NCBI GenBank assembly: GCA_010909165.1
Contig: VJWM01000330.1
Location: 1 to 58,410, forward strand
Origin: Anthoceros angustus
Lineage: Eukaryota; Plantae; Anthocerotophyta
Reading direction: 5' to 3'
Length of the DNA: 58,410 bases
Shown here one piece after another: positions 22,306 through 36,750 of the stretch. The notes beneath the pieces were generated by a model. The model had not been told where the DNA came from and did no database searches. It was given only the letters and a program-made list of their open reading frames with translations. The number at the start of each line of letters is the position of its first letter. Within the stretch, counting starts at the first letter, position 1. The translations under genes were made by a program, and so were the position numbers.

Positions 22306-23590
22306 TTATTCAAAGTTAGGTCGAAATTCAAAGACAAAGGCTGGTTGGCGATCGCTTCTTGCCCAAGATGTCACTTTCCTCGAGATCCAAAAGCCTTCCA
22401 CAACGTGAAAGCAAAGCCACTCTTCTTCTCGTGGTACCCCAACAAATCCCGACTCATCACTAGGTTTGGCTTGCCGGGCTTCGTCCCACCGGAGGTGCCT
22501 CACCTTAATTCGTATGCACATCATGTCACCCACCACTTTCACCCCCTCAATGTCCAGCGGTTTGACCACCGGATGGTATCGCTCGGCTTCAGGCCTTCGA
22601 GACACAAACGTCCAGACTGATCCAGGGCTCCTGTCCCGCTTCCAGATCTCCAAGCCCCCGTTAATGGTGTGAACGAGGTAGAGCCCACGGTGCTCACACA
22701 ACCGTGCACGCCCTTACGCGAGCGACTATTAAACCACTTGAATGACACCGGACTCCCTCGAGTGTCATCATTGATGAGCACATTTGCATGGACGAACTGC
22801 GCGCCTTCAGGCGCGACATCTAGGTAATAAGCCGAGAGCCTTCCACAACGATCCACCTCGTAAATGGTGTTGTCGATTGCATAGGATTTGGTCGCGGCTC
22901 TGCCGGCTGTGTCTCAAAGTCCACACGCGACGAGTTGAAGTCGCGCCCCGCTGTCCATCCGCTCGGCCGACGGTACATGGAGGCTCGAACTTCACCGCCA
23001 CTAACGTGGTGAAGTACAAACACCTTGAACCCGCCGCAGCCTACTACTTGCACACCCGGCGGGTCGGGCTGCCAACCCGCCGGCTGATTCAGACGCTGAC
23101 GCCTTGGTCATGGATTGAAAATGCAAGAGTCGGTGGTACCATGGGATCCTCCCCATCCGCGGACTGTCTCGACAACAATGTAGCCGTCACTGTGGGCTGC
23201 GAACGTGGTGTCGGGACCCCACAAGGCACTCCGCCTCAAGCTCGGATCGCGCCAAAACAAATCGCAATACCTCCGTGGAAGGAAGGACAAATCCATCTCC
23301 GACGGCCCTTGAGCTCCTAGGCCTCTCTTCAACGGGCGCGCTCCACAACGCACACCGTAGGGACTGGCTCCACATCCCGATCATCAAATTTTGCGAATGC
23401 TCCTCCAAGAAAAGAGGCGACCTCGTGTACCACCGTCGCACGCATGCTCGGCGAAACGCGCCAACGGCGAGAGGACAACACGCCGCCAACGCGCTGGGAG
23501 GTTCTCCCACAATGTTGCGTCCATATCGGGGCCCCCATCGCTGCGACTTGGGTCCAAAACAGCGAGCCGTAGCATCACCTGATGCGCCAT
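22306..23590 (-). CDS. F-box protein (N-terminal F-box, beta-rich/kelch-like C-terminus), copy 1; ~425 aa if indels are errors
   Basis: MAH..GGPDMDATLWENLP..V...VLS.LP.....RWY..RSPLFLEEHSQ fits the plant F-box consensus; then FAA.SDGYIVV, SCIFNP.TK, GGFKVFV, CEHRG.LYLV..GLEIWK, EWLCFHVVEGFW and C-terminal PAFVFEFRP. Confidence 0.8.
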
Positions 23591-24609
23591 AATCTCGCTC
23601 TGCACCAAGTTCCCAAGCAAGTGCACAACAAATTGTAGATTTTTGCTGCAACTTGGAACTCAACGGTTCAATGATATTGGACTGATACGAAACCCTACAT
23701 ATATAGCCTGAGACTAAAATTGACGAAACAAAGGAGGACTTGTTGAGATTGAACGATACGAAAAGTCCTATGTACAACAACTCAGCTGAAGTTTCCAGTG
23801 GTTGGGCACAAAGGTTTGATTTTACACTAACACAATACCCACATATATAATGAGATTAAAATTACCGAAACAAAGCACGACTTATCGGAGATTGCAATTT
23901 TAGGAAGGCGGGGATGTTGTAACATAGTATTCTAACACTTTTGGACCATCTTGTAACAGAAAATGATGCCTTGCGTAACGCACCACCTCCCGAGTCCTCC
24001 CCTCGCCTCACGGATCCCTCATCACACTCATGTAACGCTTCCCACACCAATATGTTACATAATGTGTGACCGTTGTTTTTTCAAGTCGTGATAAGATTTT
24101 TAGGTCCGGATCCTTGAACCACCACCATACTAATTAATTCAGTTCATTTATTTATGGGCTGCCACTCCCTACCACACCGTAACACACTATTTGGCGTTTG
24201 CACCTTATGACACACTCTTTTGCATACTCATGTCACCCTATGGGCACTAGGACATGTGAGCATGTCGGGTTTCAAAATTCAAACTATAATTAAATAATCA
24301 AGGATCATTAATCATGATTTATTATTGAAAATTATTTAAAGTGACAAAGAATTTCTTCAATCACTCTAATTTATTTTTAATATTATATAATGTATTCCGA
24401 CTACTCAAATAACTCAAACTACTTTTTGATTTGTCTTTCATGTTTGAAACTTTACAATTTGGTTCGGATAATGTTGGCTTTGTGGGAGGGAGCCAGCCCT
24501 GCCCTTACCATCCTCAGCGCTATCTGCCCTTAGCATCCTAAGCATGTGTCCTTAACATCCTAATCATCCATCCTTAGCATCCTAAGCATCTTCCCTTAGC
24601 GTCGTAAGC

Positions 24610-25150
24610 ATATGCAACCTACTCCGACAAGAGCTAGATCCTTAGGCATTCCCTTTCACCACATCCTTGTGCCTCGCTTGTCAAAACGTGGCGTGATGTT
24701 TCACTCACCACATTTTGCAAGACCGGATCCAAGGGCATTCCACGTTACGACATCCTTTTGTGGCCATGCTAATAAAACCGCGCTTCTTTCAACTCGCGGA
24801 TCTTGCACACATGTCCCACACCATTTAAAAAAAGTTAATAGGCCCGCATTCCAGACAACGACAAATGCACACGGTTTGAAGGGCAGCATTAAAGATTCAG
24901 CAGCTCTCAACTCGAGCTCGACAAGGATGGCTTGGGACCGATCGCGATCTCGTCACGACAAATTGTTCACTTTTTCTTTTGGTCCTTCACCGAGGTGGAG
25001 CTCCGGTGGATGGGGTGCACGCCGCATCTAGCTCCGGTGATCGGATCGGCGGCCGCCGTCGAAGGTAATCAAACATATGCCCGCCAGTCGCATCGTGACC
25101 TAGCAAGAATTGAAGTTTGCTTGGCATCAAACAAGATCATGTTCTTGGCC
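24610..25150 (-). pseudogene. Degenerate PPR (PLS-class-like) fragment, repeated in each unit (also ~21397-21735 partial, 27990-28530, 31380-31920, 48910-49450)
   Basis: PQKDVVTWNALGSGLAKCGE followed by FDK..M..KGMPKD...VGV; upstream GHMFDYL and EKVNNLS.RDR resemble PPR repeats. Confidence 0.45.
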
Positions 25151-25708
25151 CAGAGATCGTATGCCTTGCAATCATCGTATGTTCGATTGGATAGTCCCGA
25201 GTGTTGTTAGCGGTCATGGTTCGTCCGCTCGTGGGGTTAACATTCTATAACGCCATCTCTACAAAATTCGAACCACCACCACGTTGGTAGTTTACATATA
25301 TATATATATATGGATGTAATGTATTACAGCACTGTGAGATCGTGTGCCTTGCAAGATTTCATCGTATGTTCGATCGGATAGAGTGAGTGTTGTGAGCGAT
25401 CATGGTTCGCCTAGTGCTCACGGGTTATAATTAACATTCTATAACGCCATCCCTACAAAATTCGGTGACACAACATTGATCACGCTGGTATTTTATATAT
25501 GTATAATGTATTACAACCTATAGTGCTGTAGTCCGTAGGTTGGACATATTATTAAGAGCTTTTGTTGTGGACTTTGGCACAATTTGATATTAAAACCAAG
25601 AATTTCATAGAGGAATTGGACTAAGACAACCTAATGGATGTTGGAGAGAAGTTCACAACACTTGAACATCGCATATATGTATGTACATACATCCACTAGT
25701 ACTCTTAT

Positions 25709-26977
25709 TCAAAGTCGACGAGGTCGAAATTCAAAGACAAAGGCTGGTTGGCGATCGCTTCTTGCCCAAGATGTCACTTTCCTCGAGATCCAAAAGCCTT
25801 CCACAACGTGAAAGCAAAGCCACTCTTCTTCTCGTGGTACCCCAACAAATCCCGACTCATCACTAGGTTTGGCTTGCGGGCTTCGTCCCACCGGAGGTGC
25901 CTCACCTTAATTCGTATGCACATCATGTCACCCACCACTTTCACCCCCTCAATGTCCAGCGGTTTGACCACCGGATGGTATCGCCGCTGGCCTTGAGACA
26001 CAAGCGTCGGTGATCCAGGCTCGCCCCGCTTCAGATCTCCAAGCCCCCGTTAATGGTGTGAACGAGGTAGAGAGTTCCACGGTGCTCACACAACCGTGCA
26101 CGGCCCTTACGCGAGCGACTATTAAACCACTTGAATGACACCGGACTCGAGTGTCATCATTGATGAGCACATTTGCATGGACGATGCCTTCAGCGCCGAC
26201 ATCTAGGTAATAAGCCGAGAGCCTTCCACAACGATCCACCTCGTAAATGGTGTTGTCAGTGCATAGGATTTGGTCTGGCGGCTCCTGCCGGCTGCCCGTA
26301 AGCTCAAAGTCCACACGCGACGAGTTGAAGTCGCGTCTGCATCCATCATTCGGCGGCCGGTACATGGAGGCTCGAACTTCACCGCCACTAACGTGGTGAA
26401 GTACAAACACCTTGAACCCGCCGTCCGCGGCTACTACTTGCACACCCGGCGGTCGGGCTGCCAACCCGGCTCGACCAGGCTCACAGACGTCTTGGTCACT
26501 GGATTGAAAATGCAAGAGTCCGGTGGTACCATGGGATCCTCCCATCCGCGGACTGTCTCGACAACAATGTAGCCGTCACTGGCTGCTGCGAACGTGGTGT
26601 CGGGACCCCACAAGGCACTCCGCCTCAAGCTCGGATCGCAGCGCCAAAACAAATCGCAATACCTCCGTGGAAGGAAGGACAAATCCATCTCCGACCCCTT
26701 GAGCTCCTAGGCCTCTCTTCAACGGGCGCCCACAACGCACACCGTAGCAGACGGCTCCACATCCCGATCATCAAATTTTGCGAATGCTCCTCCAAGAAAA
26801 GAGGCGACCTCATGTCGTGTACCACCGTGCACGCATGCTCGGCGAAACGCGCTTGCCAACGGCGAGAGGACAACACGCCCACAACGTCCGGAGGTTCTCC
26901 CACAATGTTGCGTCCATATCGGGGCCCCCATCGCTGCGACTTGGGTCCAAAGAGCCGTAGCATCACCGATGCGCCAT
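25709..26977 (-). CDS. F-box protein, copy 2
   Basis: Same peptide blocks as copy 1; ends PAFVFEFRPRRL* at 25709; ATG GCG at 26977. Confidence 0.8.
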
Positions 26978-29096
26978 AATCTCGCTCGCACTAAGTTCCC
27001 AAGCAAGTGCACAACAAATTGTAGATTTTGCTGCAACTTGGAACTCAACGGTTCAATGATATTGACGATACGAAACCCTACATATATAGCCCGAGACTAA
27101 AATTGACGAAACAAAGGAGGACTTGTTGAGATTGAACGATCTGAAAAGTCCTATGTACAACAACTCATTGAAGTTTCCAGTGGTTGGGCACAAAGGTTTG
27201 ATTTTACACTAACACAATACCCACATATATAGGTGAGATTAAAATTACCGAAACAAAGCACGACTTATCGGAGATTGCAATTTTAGGAAGGCGGGGGATG
27301 TTGTAACATAGTATTCTAACACTTTTGGACCATCTTGTAACAAAATGATGCCCTTGCGTAACGCACCACCTCCCGAGTCCTCCCCACGCCTCACGGATCC
27401 CTCATCACACTCATGTAACGCTTCCCACACCAATATGTTACATAATGTGTGACCGTCTGTTTTTCAAGTCGTGATAAGATTTTTAGGTCCGGGATCCTTG
27501 AACCACCAGCCATACTAATTAATTCAGTTCATTTATTTATGGGCTGCCACTCCCTACCACACCTGTAACACACTATTTGCGGCGTTTGCACCTTATGACA
27601 CACTCTTTTGCATACTCATGTCACCCTATGGGCACTAGGACATGTGAGCATGTCGGGTTTCAAAATTCAAACTATAATTAAATAATCAAGGATCATTAAT
27701 CATGATTTATTATTGAAAATTATTTAAAGTGACAAAGAATTTCTTCAATCACTCTAATTTATTTTTAATATTATATAATGTATTCCGACTACTCAAATAA
27801 CTCAAACTACTTTTTGATTTGTCTTTCATGTTTGAAACTTTACAATTTGGTTCGGATAATGTTGGCTTTGTGGGAGGGAGCCAGCCCCTTACCATCCTCG
27901 GCTATCGCCTTAGCATCCTAAGCATGTGTCCTTAGCATCCTAATCATCCATCCTTAGCATCCTAAGCATCTTCCCTTAGCGTAAGCATATGCAACCTACT
28001 CCGACAAGAGCTAGATCCTTAGGCATTCCCTTTCACCACATCCTTGTGCCTCGCTTGTCAAAACGTGGCGTGATGTTTCACTCACCACATTTTGCAAGAC
28101 CGGATCCAAGGGCATTCCACGTTACGACATCCTTTTGTGGCCATGCTAATAAAACCGCTTCTTTCAACTCGCGGATCTTGCACACATGTCCCACACCTTT
28201 GGCAACAAAAGTTAATAGGCCCGCCGATTCCAAAGACAACGACAAATGCACACGGTTTGAAGGGCAGCATTAAAGATTCAGCAGCTCTCAACTCGGTAGC
28301 TCGACAAGGATGGCTTGGGACCGATCGCGATCTCGTCACGACAAATTGTTCACTTTTTCTTTTGGTCCTTCACCGAGGTGGAGCTCCACCAGTGGATGGG
28401 GTGCACGATGCATCCAGCTCCGGTTGATCGGATCGGCGGCCGGCAAATCGAAGGTAATCAAACATATGCCCGCCAGTCGCATCGATGACCTAGCAAGAAT
28501 TGAAGTTTGCTTGGCATCAAAGCGATATCATGTTCTTGGCCCAGAGATCGTATGCCTTGCAATCATCGTATGTTCGATTGGATAGTCCCGAGTGTTGTTA
28601 GCGGTCATGGTTCGCCCAAAGGTCGGGTTAACATTCTATAACGCCATCTCTACAAAATTAACCACCACCACGTTGGTAGTTTATATATATATATATATAT
28701 ATGGATGTAATGTATTACGACTGTGAGATCGTGTGCCTTGCAAGATTTCATCGTATGTTCGATCGGATAGAGCTGAGTGTTGTGAGCGATCATGGTTCGT
28801 CTAGTGCTCACGGGTTATAATTAACATTCTATAACGCCATCCCTACAAAATTCGGTGACACAACATTGATCACGCTGGTATTTTATATATGTATAATGTA
28901 TTACAACCTATAGTGCTGTAGTCCGTAGGTTGGACATATTATTAAGAGCTTTTGTTGTGGACTTTGGCACAATTTGATATTAAAACCAAGAATTTCATAG
29001 AGGAATTGGACTAAGACAACCTAATGGATGTTGGAGAGAAGTTCACAACACTTGAACATCGTATATGTATGTACATACATCCACTAGTACTCTTAT

Positions 29097-30358
29097 TCAA
29101 AGTCGACGAGGTCGAAATTCAAAGACAAAGGCTGGTTGGCGATCGCTTCTTGCCCAAGATGTCACTTTCCTCGAGATCCAAAAGCCTTCCACAACGTGAA
29201 AGCAAAGCCACTCTTCTTCTCGTGGTACCCCAACAAATCCCGACTCATCACTAGGTTTGGCTTGCCGGCTCGTCGGAGGTGCCTCACCTTAATTCGTATG
29301 CACATCATGTCACCCACCACTTTCACCCCTCAATGTCCAGCGGTTTGACCACCGGATGGTATCGCTCGGCTTCGGCCTTGAGACACAAACGTCGGTGATC
29401 CAGGCTCTGTCCTTCCGGATCTCAAGCCCCGTTAATGGTGTGAACGAGGTAGAGAGTTCCACGGTGCTCACACAACTGCCGCAGCCCTTACGCGGCGACT
29501 ATTAAAACCACTTGAATGACACCGGACTCCTCGAGTGTCATCATTGATGAGCACATTTGCATGGATGAACTGCGCCTTCAGCGCGACATCTAGGTAATAA
29601 GCCGAGAGCCTTCCACAACGATCCACCTCGTAAATGGTGTTGTCGGTGCATAGGATTTGGTCGGCGGCTCCGCCGCCCGTAAGCTCAAAGTCCACACGCG
29701 ACGAGTTGAAGTCGCGGGCCTGTCCATCCGCTCGGCCGACGGTATGGAGGCTCGAACTTCACCGCCACTAACGTGGTGAAGTACAAACACCTTGAACCCG
29801 CCGTCGGCTACTACTTGCACACCCGGCGGTCGGGCTGCCAACCCGGCCGGCTCAGATTCAAGACAGCCGACGCCTTGGTCACGGATTGAAAATGCAAGAG
29901 TCGGTGGTACCATGGGATCCTCCCATCCGCGGACACCTCGACAACAATGTAGCCGTCACCGTGGTCGCTGCGAACGTGGTGTCGGGACCCCACAAGGCAC
30001 TCCGCCTCAAGCTCGGATCGCGCCAAAACAAATCGCAATACCTCCGTGGAAGGAAGGACAAATCCATCTCCGACGGCCCTTGAGCTCCTAGGCCTCTCTT
30101 CAACGGGCGCTCCACAACGCACACAGGGGACTGGCTCCACATCCCGATCATCAAATTTTGCGAATGCTCCTCCAAGAAAAGAGGCGACCTCATGTACGTG
30201 TACCACCGCTCGCACGCATGCTCGGAAACGCCCAACGGCAGAGAGGACAACACTTCGCCCACAACGTCGGAGGTTCTCCCACAATGTTGCGTCCATATCG
30301 GGGCCCCCATCCGCGACTTGGGTCCAAAAGAATGAGCCGTAGCATCACGATGCGCCAT
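29097..30358 (-). CDS. F-box protein, copy 3
   Basis: MDATLWENL and DVVGEVLSSLPLGVSEHACERWYTYMRSPLFLEEHSQ in ORFs 29811-30296 and 29879-30358; same C-terminus. Confidence 0.8.
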
Positions 30359-32485
30359 AATCTCGCTCGCACCAAGTTCCCAAGCAAGTGCACAACAAAT
30401 TGTAGATTTTGCTGCAACTTGGAACTCAACAGTTCAATGATATTGACCGATACGAAACCCTACATATATATAGCCCGAGACTAAAATTGACGAAACAAAG
30501 GAGGACTTGTTGAGATTGAACGATCTGAAAAGTCCTATGTACAACAACTCATGAAGTTTCCAGGGTTGGGCACAAAGGTTTGATTTTACACTAACACAAT
30601 ACCCACATATATAGGTGAGATTAAAATTACCAAACAAAGCACGACTTATCGGAGATTGCAATTTTAGGAAGGCGGGGGATGTTGTAACATAGTATTCTAA
30701 CACTTTTGGACCATCTTGTAACAGAAAATGATGCCCTTGCAACGCACCACCTCCCGAGTCCTCCCGCCCCTCGCCTCAGGCCGGATCCCTCATCACACTC
30801 ATGTAACGCTTCCCACACCAATATGTTACATAATGTGTGACCGTTCGTTTTTTCAAGTCGTGATAAGATTTTTAGGTCCGGATCCTTGAACCACCAGCCA
30901 TACTAATTAATTCAGGTTCATTTATTTATGGGCTGCCACTCCCTACCACACCCTGTAACACACTATTTGCGGCGTTGTTGCACCTTATGACACACTCTTT
31001 TGCATACTCATGTCACCCTATGGCACTAGGACATGTGAGCATGTCGGGTTTCAAAATTCAAACTATAATTAAATAATCAAGGATCATTAATCATGATTTA
31101 TTATTGAAAATTATTTAAAGTGACAAAGAATTTCTTCAATCACTCTAATTTATTTTTAATATTATATAATGTATTCACTACTCAAATAACTCAAACTACT
31201 TTTGATTTGTCTTTCATGTTTGAAACTTTACAATTTGGTTCGGATAATGTTGGCTTTGTGGGAGGGAGCCAGCCCCTTACCATCCTCGCCATTCCGCCCT
31301 TAGCATCCTAAGCATGTGTCCTTAGCATCCTAATCATCCATCCTTAGCATCCTAAGCATCTTCCCTTAGCGTCGTAAGCATATGCAACCTACTCGACAAG
31401 AGCTAGATCCTTAGGCATTCCCTTTCACCACATCCTTGTGCCTCGACTTGTCAAAACGAGCGTGATGTTTCACTCACCACATTTTGCAAGACCAGATCCA
31501 AGGGCATTCCACGCTACGACATCCTTTTGTGGCCATGCTAATAAAACCGCGCTTCTTTCAACTCGCGGATCTTGCACACATGTCCCACACCACCATTGGC
31601 AACAAAAAGTTAATAGGCTGCCGCATTCCAAAGACAACGACAAATGCACACGGTTTGAAGGCAGCATTAAAGATTCAGCAGCTCTCAACTCGAGCTCGAC
31701 AAGGATGGCTTGGGACCGATCGCGATCTCGTCACGACAAATTGTTCACTTTTTCTTTTGGTCCTTCACCGAGGTGGAGCTCCGGCTTAGTGGATGGGGTG
31801 CACAGCGCATCCATCGGATCAGATCGCCGCCGGCAAATCGAAGGTAATCAAACATATGCCCCGCCAGCCATGACCTAGCAAGAATTGAAGTTTGCTTGGC
31901 ATCAAACAAGATCATGTTCTTGGCCCAATGAGATCGTATGCCTTGCAATCATCGTATGTTCGATTGGATAGTCCCGAGTGTTGTTAGCGGTCATGGTTCG
32001 AAAGGCTCGGTTAACATTCTATAACGCCATCTCTACAAAATTCCGAACCACCACCACGTTGGTAGTTTACATATATATATATATATGGATGTAATGTATT
32101 ACAGCTGCACTGTGAGATCGTGTGCCTTGCAAGATTTCATCGTATGTTCGATCGGATAGAGCGAGTGTTGTGAGCGATCATGGTTCGCCTAGTGCTCACG
32201 GGTTATAATTAACATTCTATAACGCCATCCCTACAAAATTCGGTGACACAACATTGATCACGCTGGTATTTTATATATGTATAATGTATTACAACCTATA
32301 GTGCTGTAGTCCGTAGGTTGGACATATTATTAAGAGCTTTTGTTGTGGACTTTGGCACAATTTGATATTAAAACCAAGAATTTCATAGAGGAATTGGACT
32401 AAGACAACCTAATGGATGTTGGAGAGAAGTTCACAACACTTGAACATGCATATATGTATGTACATACATCCACTAGTACTCTTAT

Positions 32486-33373
32486 TCAAAGTCGACGAGG
32501 TCGAAATTCAAAGACAAAGGCTGGTTGGCGATCGCTTCTTGCCCAAGATGTCACTTTCCTCGAGATCCAAAAGCCTTCCACAACGTGAAAGCAAAGCCAC
32601 TCTTCTTCTCGTGGTACCCCAACAAATCCCGACTCATCACTAGGTTTGGCTTGCCGGCTTCCCCACCGGAGGTGCCTCACCTTAATTCGTATGCACATCA
32701 TGTCACCCACCACTTTCACCCCTCAATGTCCAGCGTTTGACCACCGGATGGTATCGCTCGCTTGGCCTTCGAGACACAAACGCCCGTGACCGATCCGTGG
32801 CTCCCGCCCATCTCAAGCCCCGTTAATGGTGTGAACGAGGTAGAGAGTTCCACTTGCTCACAACCGCACGGCCCTTACGCGAGCGACTATTAAACCACTT
32901 GAATGACACCGGACTCCTCGAGTGTCATCATTGATGAGCACATTTGCATGGAGCGCGCCTTCAGCGCCGACATCTAGGTAATAAGCCGAGAGCCTTCCAC
33001 AACGATCCACCTCGTAAATGGTGTTGTCGGGCATAGGATTTGGTCGCGGCTCGCCGCCCGTAAGCTCAAAGTCCACACGCGACGAGTTGAAGTCGCGGCC
33101 CCGCCGCCCATCCGTCGCCGATATGGAGGCTCGAACTTCACCGCCACTAACGTGGTGAAGTACAAACACCTTGAACCCGCCGCCCGCCGCAGCTACTACT
33201 TGCACCCCCGGCAGTCGGGCTGCCAACCCGCCGGCTGATTCGACAGGCTCAGACGTCTTGGTCATGGATTGAAAATGCAAGAGTCGGTGGTACCATGGGA
33301 TCCTCCCCATCCTGGACTGCTCACGACAACAATGTAGCCGCCACCGTGGTCAGCGAACGTGGTGCTCTGGGAC
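32486..33373 (-). pseudogene. F-box protein copy 4, C-terminal part (gene split by Gypsy B)
   Basis: Unit sequence stops at ..cgaacgtggtg..gggac (33373) and resumes at 47540 gaccccacaaggcactcc. Confidence 0.85.
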
Positions 33374-33998
33374 TGTGCTATGCACTTCCTCGGGAGTTAG
33401 GAAATAAGTAGGGTTTCGCTTTTTTTTAGGATTGAAGGATAAATAAGGCGGAAAAGGAGGAATAAATTGGGGTAGCGCCCGACGAGGCTCGGAGTATACT
33501 CCGGACTGGAGTGAACAACGGACCCTGACCACTATGGCAAGCTCCGACTACGGAGTAACGGATAAGTCCGGAACCCACCTGTGTCAAAATAGGATAAGTA
33601 CGCCAGGAAAGTAACCTAGGAGCGAGGCGTGAGGATGCACGAGGCGCCACGGACGGCCCCGAGTGGAGGTCGGGCATGCAGAGGCCAGACCGTAAGCCGA
33701 GGCCGCAGGCAGGTATTCACGCCGCGGCCGCGCGGCGCGTAAGGCCGAGTAAGAGGGTCGAGTACGCCATGCACTCGCGCACGGACAACGAAGAGGCGCC
33801 TTCCGAAGCATTTCCACAAGCGGCCAAGGAGGGAGGTCATTTCGGCAGCCTCCGCATCCTCAGCCGCGCCGCAATCCGCTCGCGCATTTTTGGGCGCCTC
33901 GCCAGAGCGTGGCGCCGTCAAGGTTGGAGCACAACGCGCGGCGAAGGAGGAACATCGTGCCACGACGGCCACAGCCTACAACAAGAGGAGGAGAAGCA

Positions 33999-36611
33999 AT
34001 GGCACCCAAAAGCCGACGGAGTGGGAGCCATGGACCGTGGAGCGCAACATTGTGACCCGGCGCTATCCGGACTTCGGCCCGGCCGGAGGAAGCAGGGAAT
34101 TGGTGCAGAGTGGCATCCGGACGTGTTCCAAATGGTCGGACCTTTGACAACGCTACTCTAGTCCGGAGTTTGCCCGAAGATGCCGGGCGGCGATCAACAA
34201 GGAGGTCCGATCCAAGAACCTCCGGAGGACTCGAGGCGATGGACCTTGAGGTCCCGAGGATGGCCTACAACCGCCTCAAGGAGGAAGAAGGGGCGTGGTG
34301 CCGAGCCCCTTAAGGCGAAGGGAAGATAGGGCCGCACCGCGCCGAGGCTCGAACGCAGCGACAACCAACGGATGGTTGATATCCGATCCCGGATACGAGT
34401 AAGGGCGGTAGGATCATTGTCCATTGAACTCGCCACCAAGGTGGATCACCTTGGTGATAACTGCTGGTATTCTCGCATGCGCCCATGGGAAGAGAGCGAC
34501 TGGGAAGGATTATCTTCGCCGGTTCACCAGAGGCACGCAAGCTAAGGAGCGAGAAGCCTCGCCATCGGCCCCCATACCGATTCATGTATGGGGACATTTC
34601 GAGCCCTCAAGGAGGGAGAGCTTGAGCGGCGCCCTAAGGGAGGCCCGCCAAGTAGAGCGTGCAAGGGCGCCTGAGGTGGGGGTCCTTCAAGACCAAGCGG
34701 ACTGGGAGGACGATCGAGGATTCCTGACTCCATACGTCTGAGCGAACCCCTCACCACCTGTGGAAGTTTGGGAGGCGATTCCCCTTCCTCCTTTTGGTGC
34801 CCTCCGAGCACCAAGACAGAGGGAGCCGATGGAGGGCGCGGCTCCGACCGGCTGCACAACAAACCAACAACCACGACGCCGAGCCCCGACGAACTCCCGG
34901 GGAGCAAGAGGCGGAAGACGGTGCCGCTTACCAACGCAAAGACCTCGAGTGACTACCCCCCGCCACCTGAGTGGCAAGAGGTCAAGAGGCGTAAGGAGGG
35001 CGAAGGGACGTGGCCCAAGGAGTGGAGGTCACCGCGCAGCCCCACCGAGCCGGGCCCTGCCCTGTGAAGGGGCAAAGCTTGCTCCCGACCCCCTCACCTC
35101 CTCCGAGCCCTGTGAGAAAGAGGGCACAAAGGAGTTAGAGGCCAAGAGGGCCAAGAGGGTGAGACTGACCACCACTCAGACCCGAGGGTCCCGATTAGGT
35201 CCGAGAACCCACCGACTTACTCCGGATCATGGTATGGAGGTCCTATGATCGAGAAATGCCGGCCCCACTACGGACTTTGTGGGGGCCTCACTGGCCGTGG
35301 AAGAAACACGGCGAGTCCGCTACTGGCCATGGAATGCTTTGGGGTCTCGTGGTACAGCAGAGAAGACCTGTGAAGTGGAGGCCACCCGAGGAGGATGGTG
35401 GAACCCAAGAGCAAGTGAAGGCGGCCCAGGGGCAAAGGAAAGGCGGAGTCCCCGGATCGAGGAAGGGAACGCCGGGTGGCGGAGCGAGGCCCGCGTTCAG
35501 CAGATCGGTTAAGGTTCTTCACCGTCAAAGCAAGCTCAGAGGCCCAAGCGCGGAGGACCTTGCAGCGAAGAGGGCGCAGAGGCGGAAGAGGCCCGCACAA
35601 GCAGAGAGCTCGGACCGCGGAGGCGGCCCGGCCAGAGCGCCAAGGGCGAGGCCTGCAAAGGCGGCGAGTAAGCCGCGTGAAGAGCGACCGGATCACTCTG
35701 ACGTGATCGAACCGGTGGAGAGAGCACAGTGCCGAGGTTACCTGGCGTGACAGCGCTATGGAGGGTAAGGGCCAAGACTCGGGAGATAGAGGATCTCCAG
35801 CACACAGGAGGTAGAAGGAGGCGGCAGCAGATGGAGGATGAAGGACACTGGAGCTACAACCCAAGATGCGCTTGAGAAAGCAGTGATTCTCAACGAGAAT
35901 CCACGACGAAGCAGAAAAGCCTCGGCCCGTCAAGACGGAGGAAAATCGCGACTATCCAAGGAGTTGGACGCTGCTGTAAGGAGCCGGAGGAAGTCCCGAG
36001 CCTGGACGGAGGTATCCGACCGCCTGAGAGGGAGTCATGAGCTAAAGGCCGAATGAACGGGAGCGCGAGCACGGAAGGTAAAAGAAGCCGCCGTCCATGA
36101 GAAAGGCGGAAGGGAACGCCGCGCTATGGCGGTAAGTCGTGGCGGAAAGGAAACGACGGAGAGCAAGTGAGCCGGGCAATGCAGGAGGTGACCGAGGCCG
36201 CCTTGTAGCCTCGCGTGATACACCGGCCCCACACAACTGCAGGAGAGGTGGCCCAACAAGCCGCAAAGACGCCCTTTTAACACTTATGGCGAGGGAGTCG
36301 CCCGCACACGTGGAAGAGGCAATTCAACAAGTCGATCTGGACTTTGCCTATTACCACGCCGAGCTGGCGAGAAGCCTCTCGACGCCGCAGGACGGACCGG
36401 AAGGCTCAAGGAGATGAAGGCCACGGGACGACAGGACCCTAGTGGCCCCTGCTTGGAGATGACGGAGCGGGAGAGGAGCAACCGGAGGAGACGAGGAGCG
36501 ATGCGATCGAGGTAAGCACCCCGCACCTCACCATGGAAGGAGGGCCAACGGGAGTCCCGGGCGATCGGGAACATGGGAGGACTTCGAGGGAGAGCCACTG
36601 AGGAGTCCTGA
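33999..36611 (+). CDS. Putative extra ORF inside the 5' LTR (globular N-terminus, Pro-rich linker, charged coiled-coil-like C-terminus); frameshifted, end approximate
   Basis: ATG GCA CCC AAA at 33999; MAPKS-EWEPWTVERNIVTRRYPDFG, LNSPPRWITLVITAGILACAHGK, PIHVWGHF, PPPEWQEVKRRK, E/K/R/A-rich tract, EEAIQQVDLDFAYYHAEL. Confidence 0.55.
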
Positions 36612-36634
36612 GGGAGGAAACCCTGGAGGGAGTG

Positions 36635-36750
36635 GACTGTCCGACTGGGAGGCCGGACCAAGTCCGGACAGAATAAGTCCGGACTCAAGTCCGACTCAAT
36701 AAGTCCGGACTCAAGTCCGGACGAATAACCGACCGAGGTCCGACCCCAGA
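36635..36750 (+). repeat. AAGTCCGGAC(TC) short tandem repeats in the LTR (also 46415-46550)
   Basis: agtccggaca gaataagtccggactcaagtccgactcaataagtccggactcaagtccggac. Confidence 0.85.

Noticed and set aside
23862-24050. Short ORF MVWEALHECDEG.. as an upstream F-box exon
   Set aside because: Reading frame differs among copies and no convincing splice to the F-box ATG; cannot be supported
22306-30358. Calling F-box copies 1-3 pseudogenes because of frameshifts
   Set aside because: Indels fall at different places in each copy and cluster in GC-rich runs, as expected from sequencing error; status unresolved
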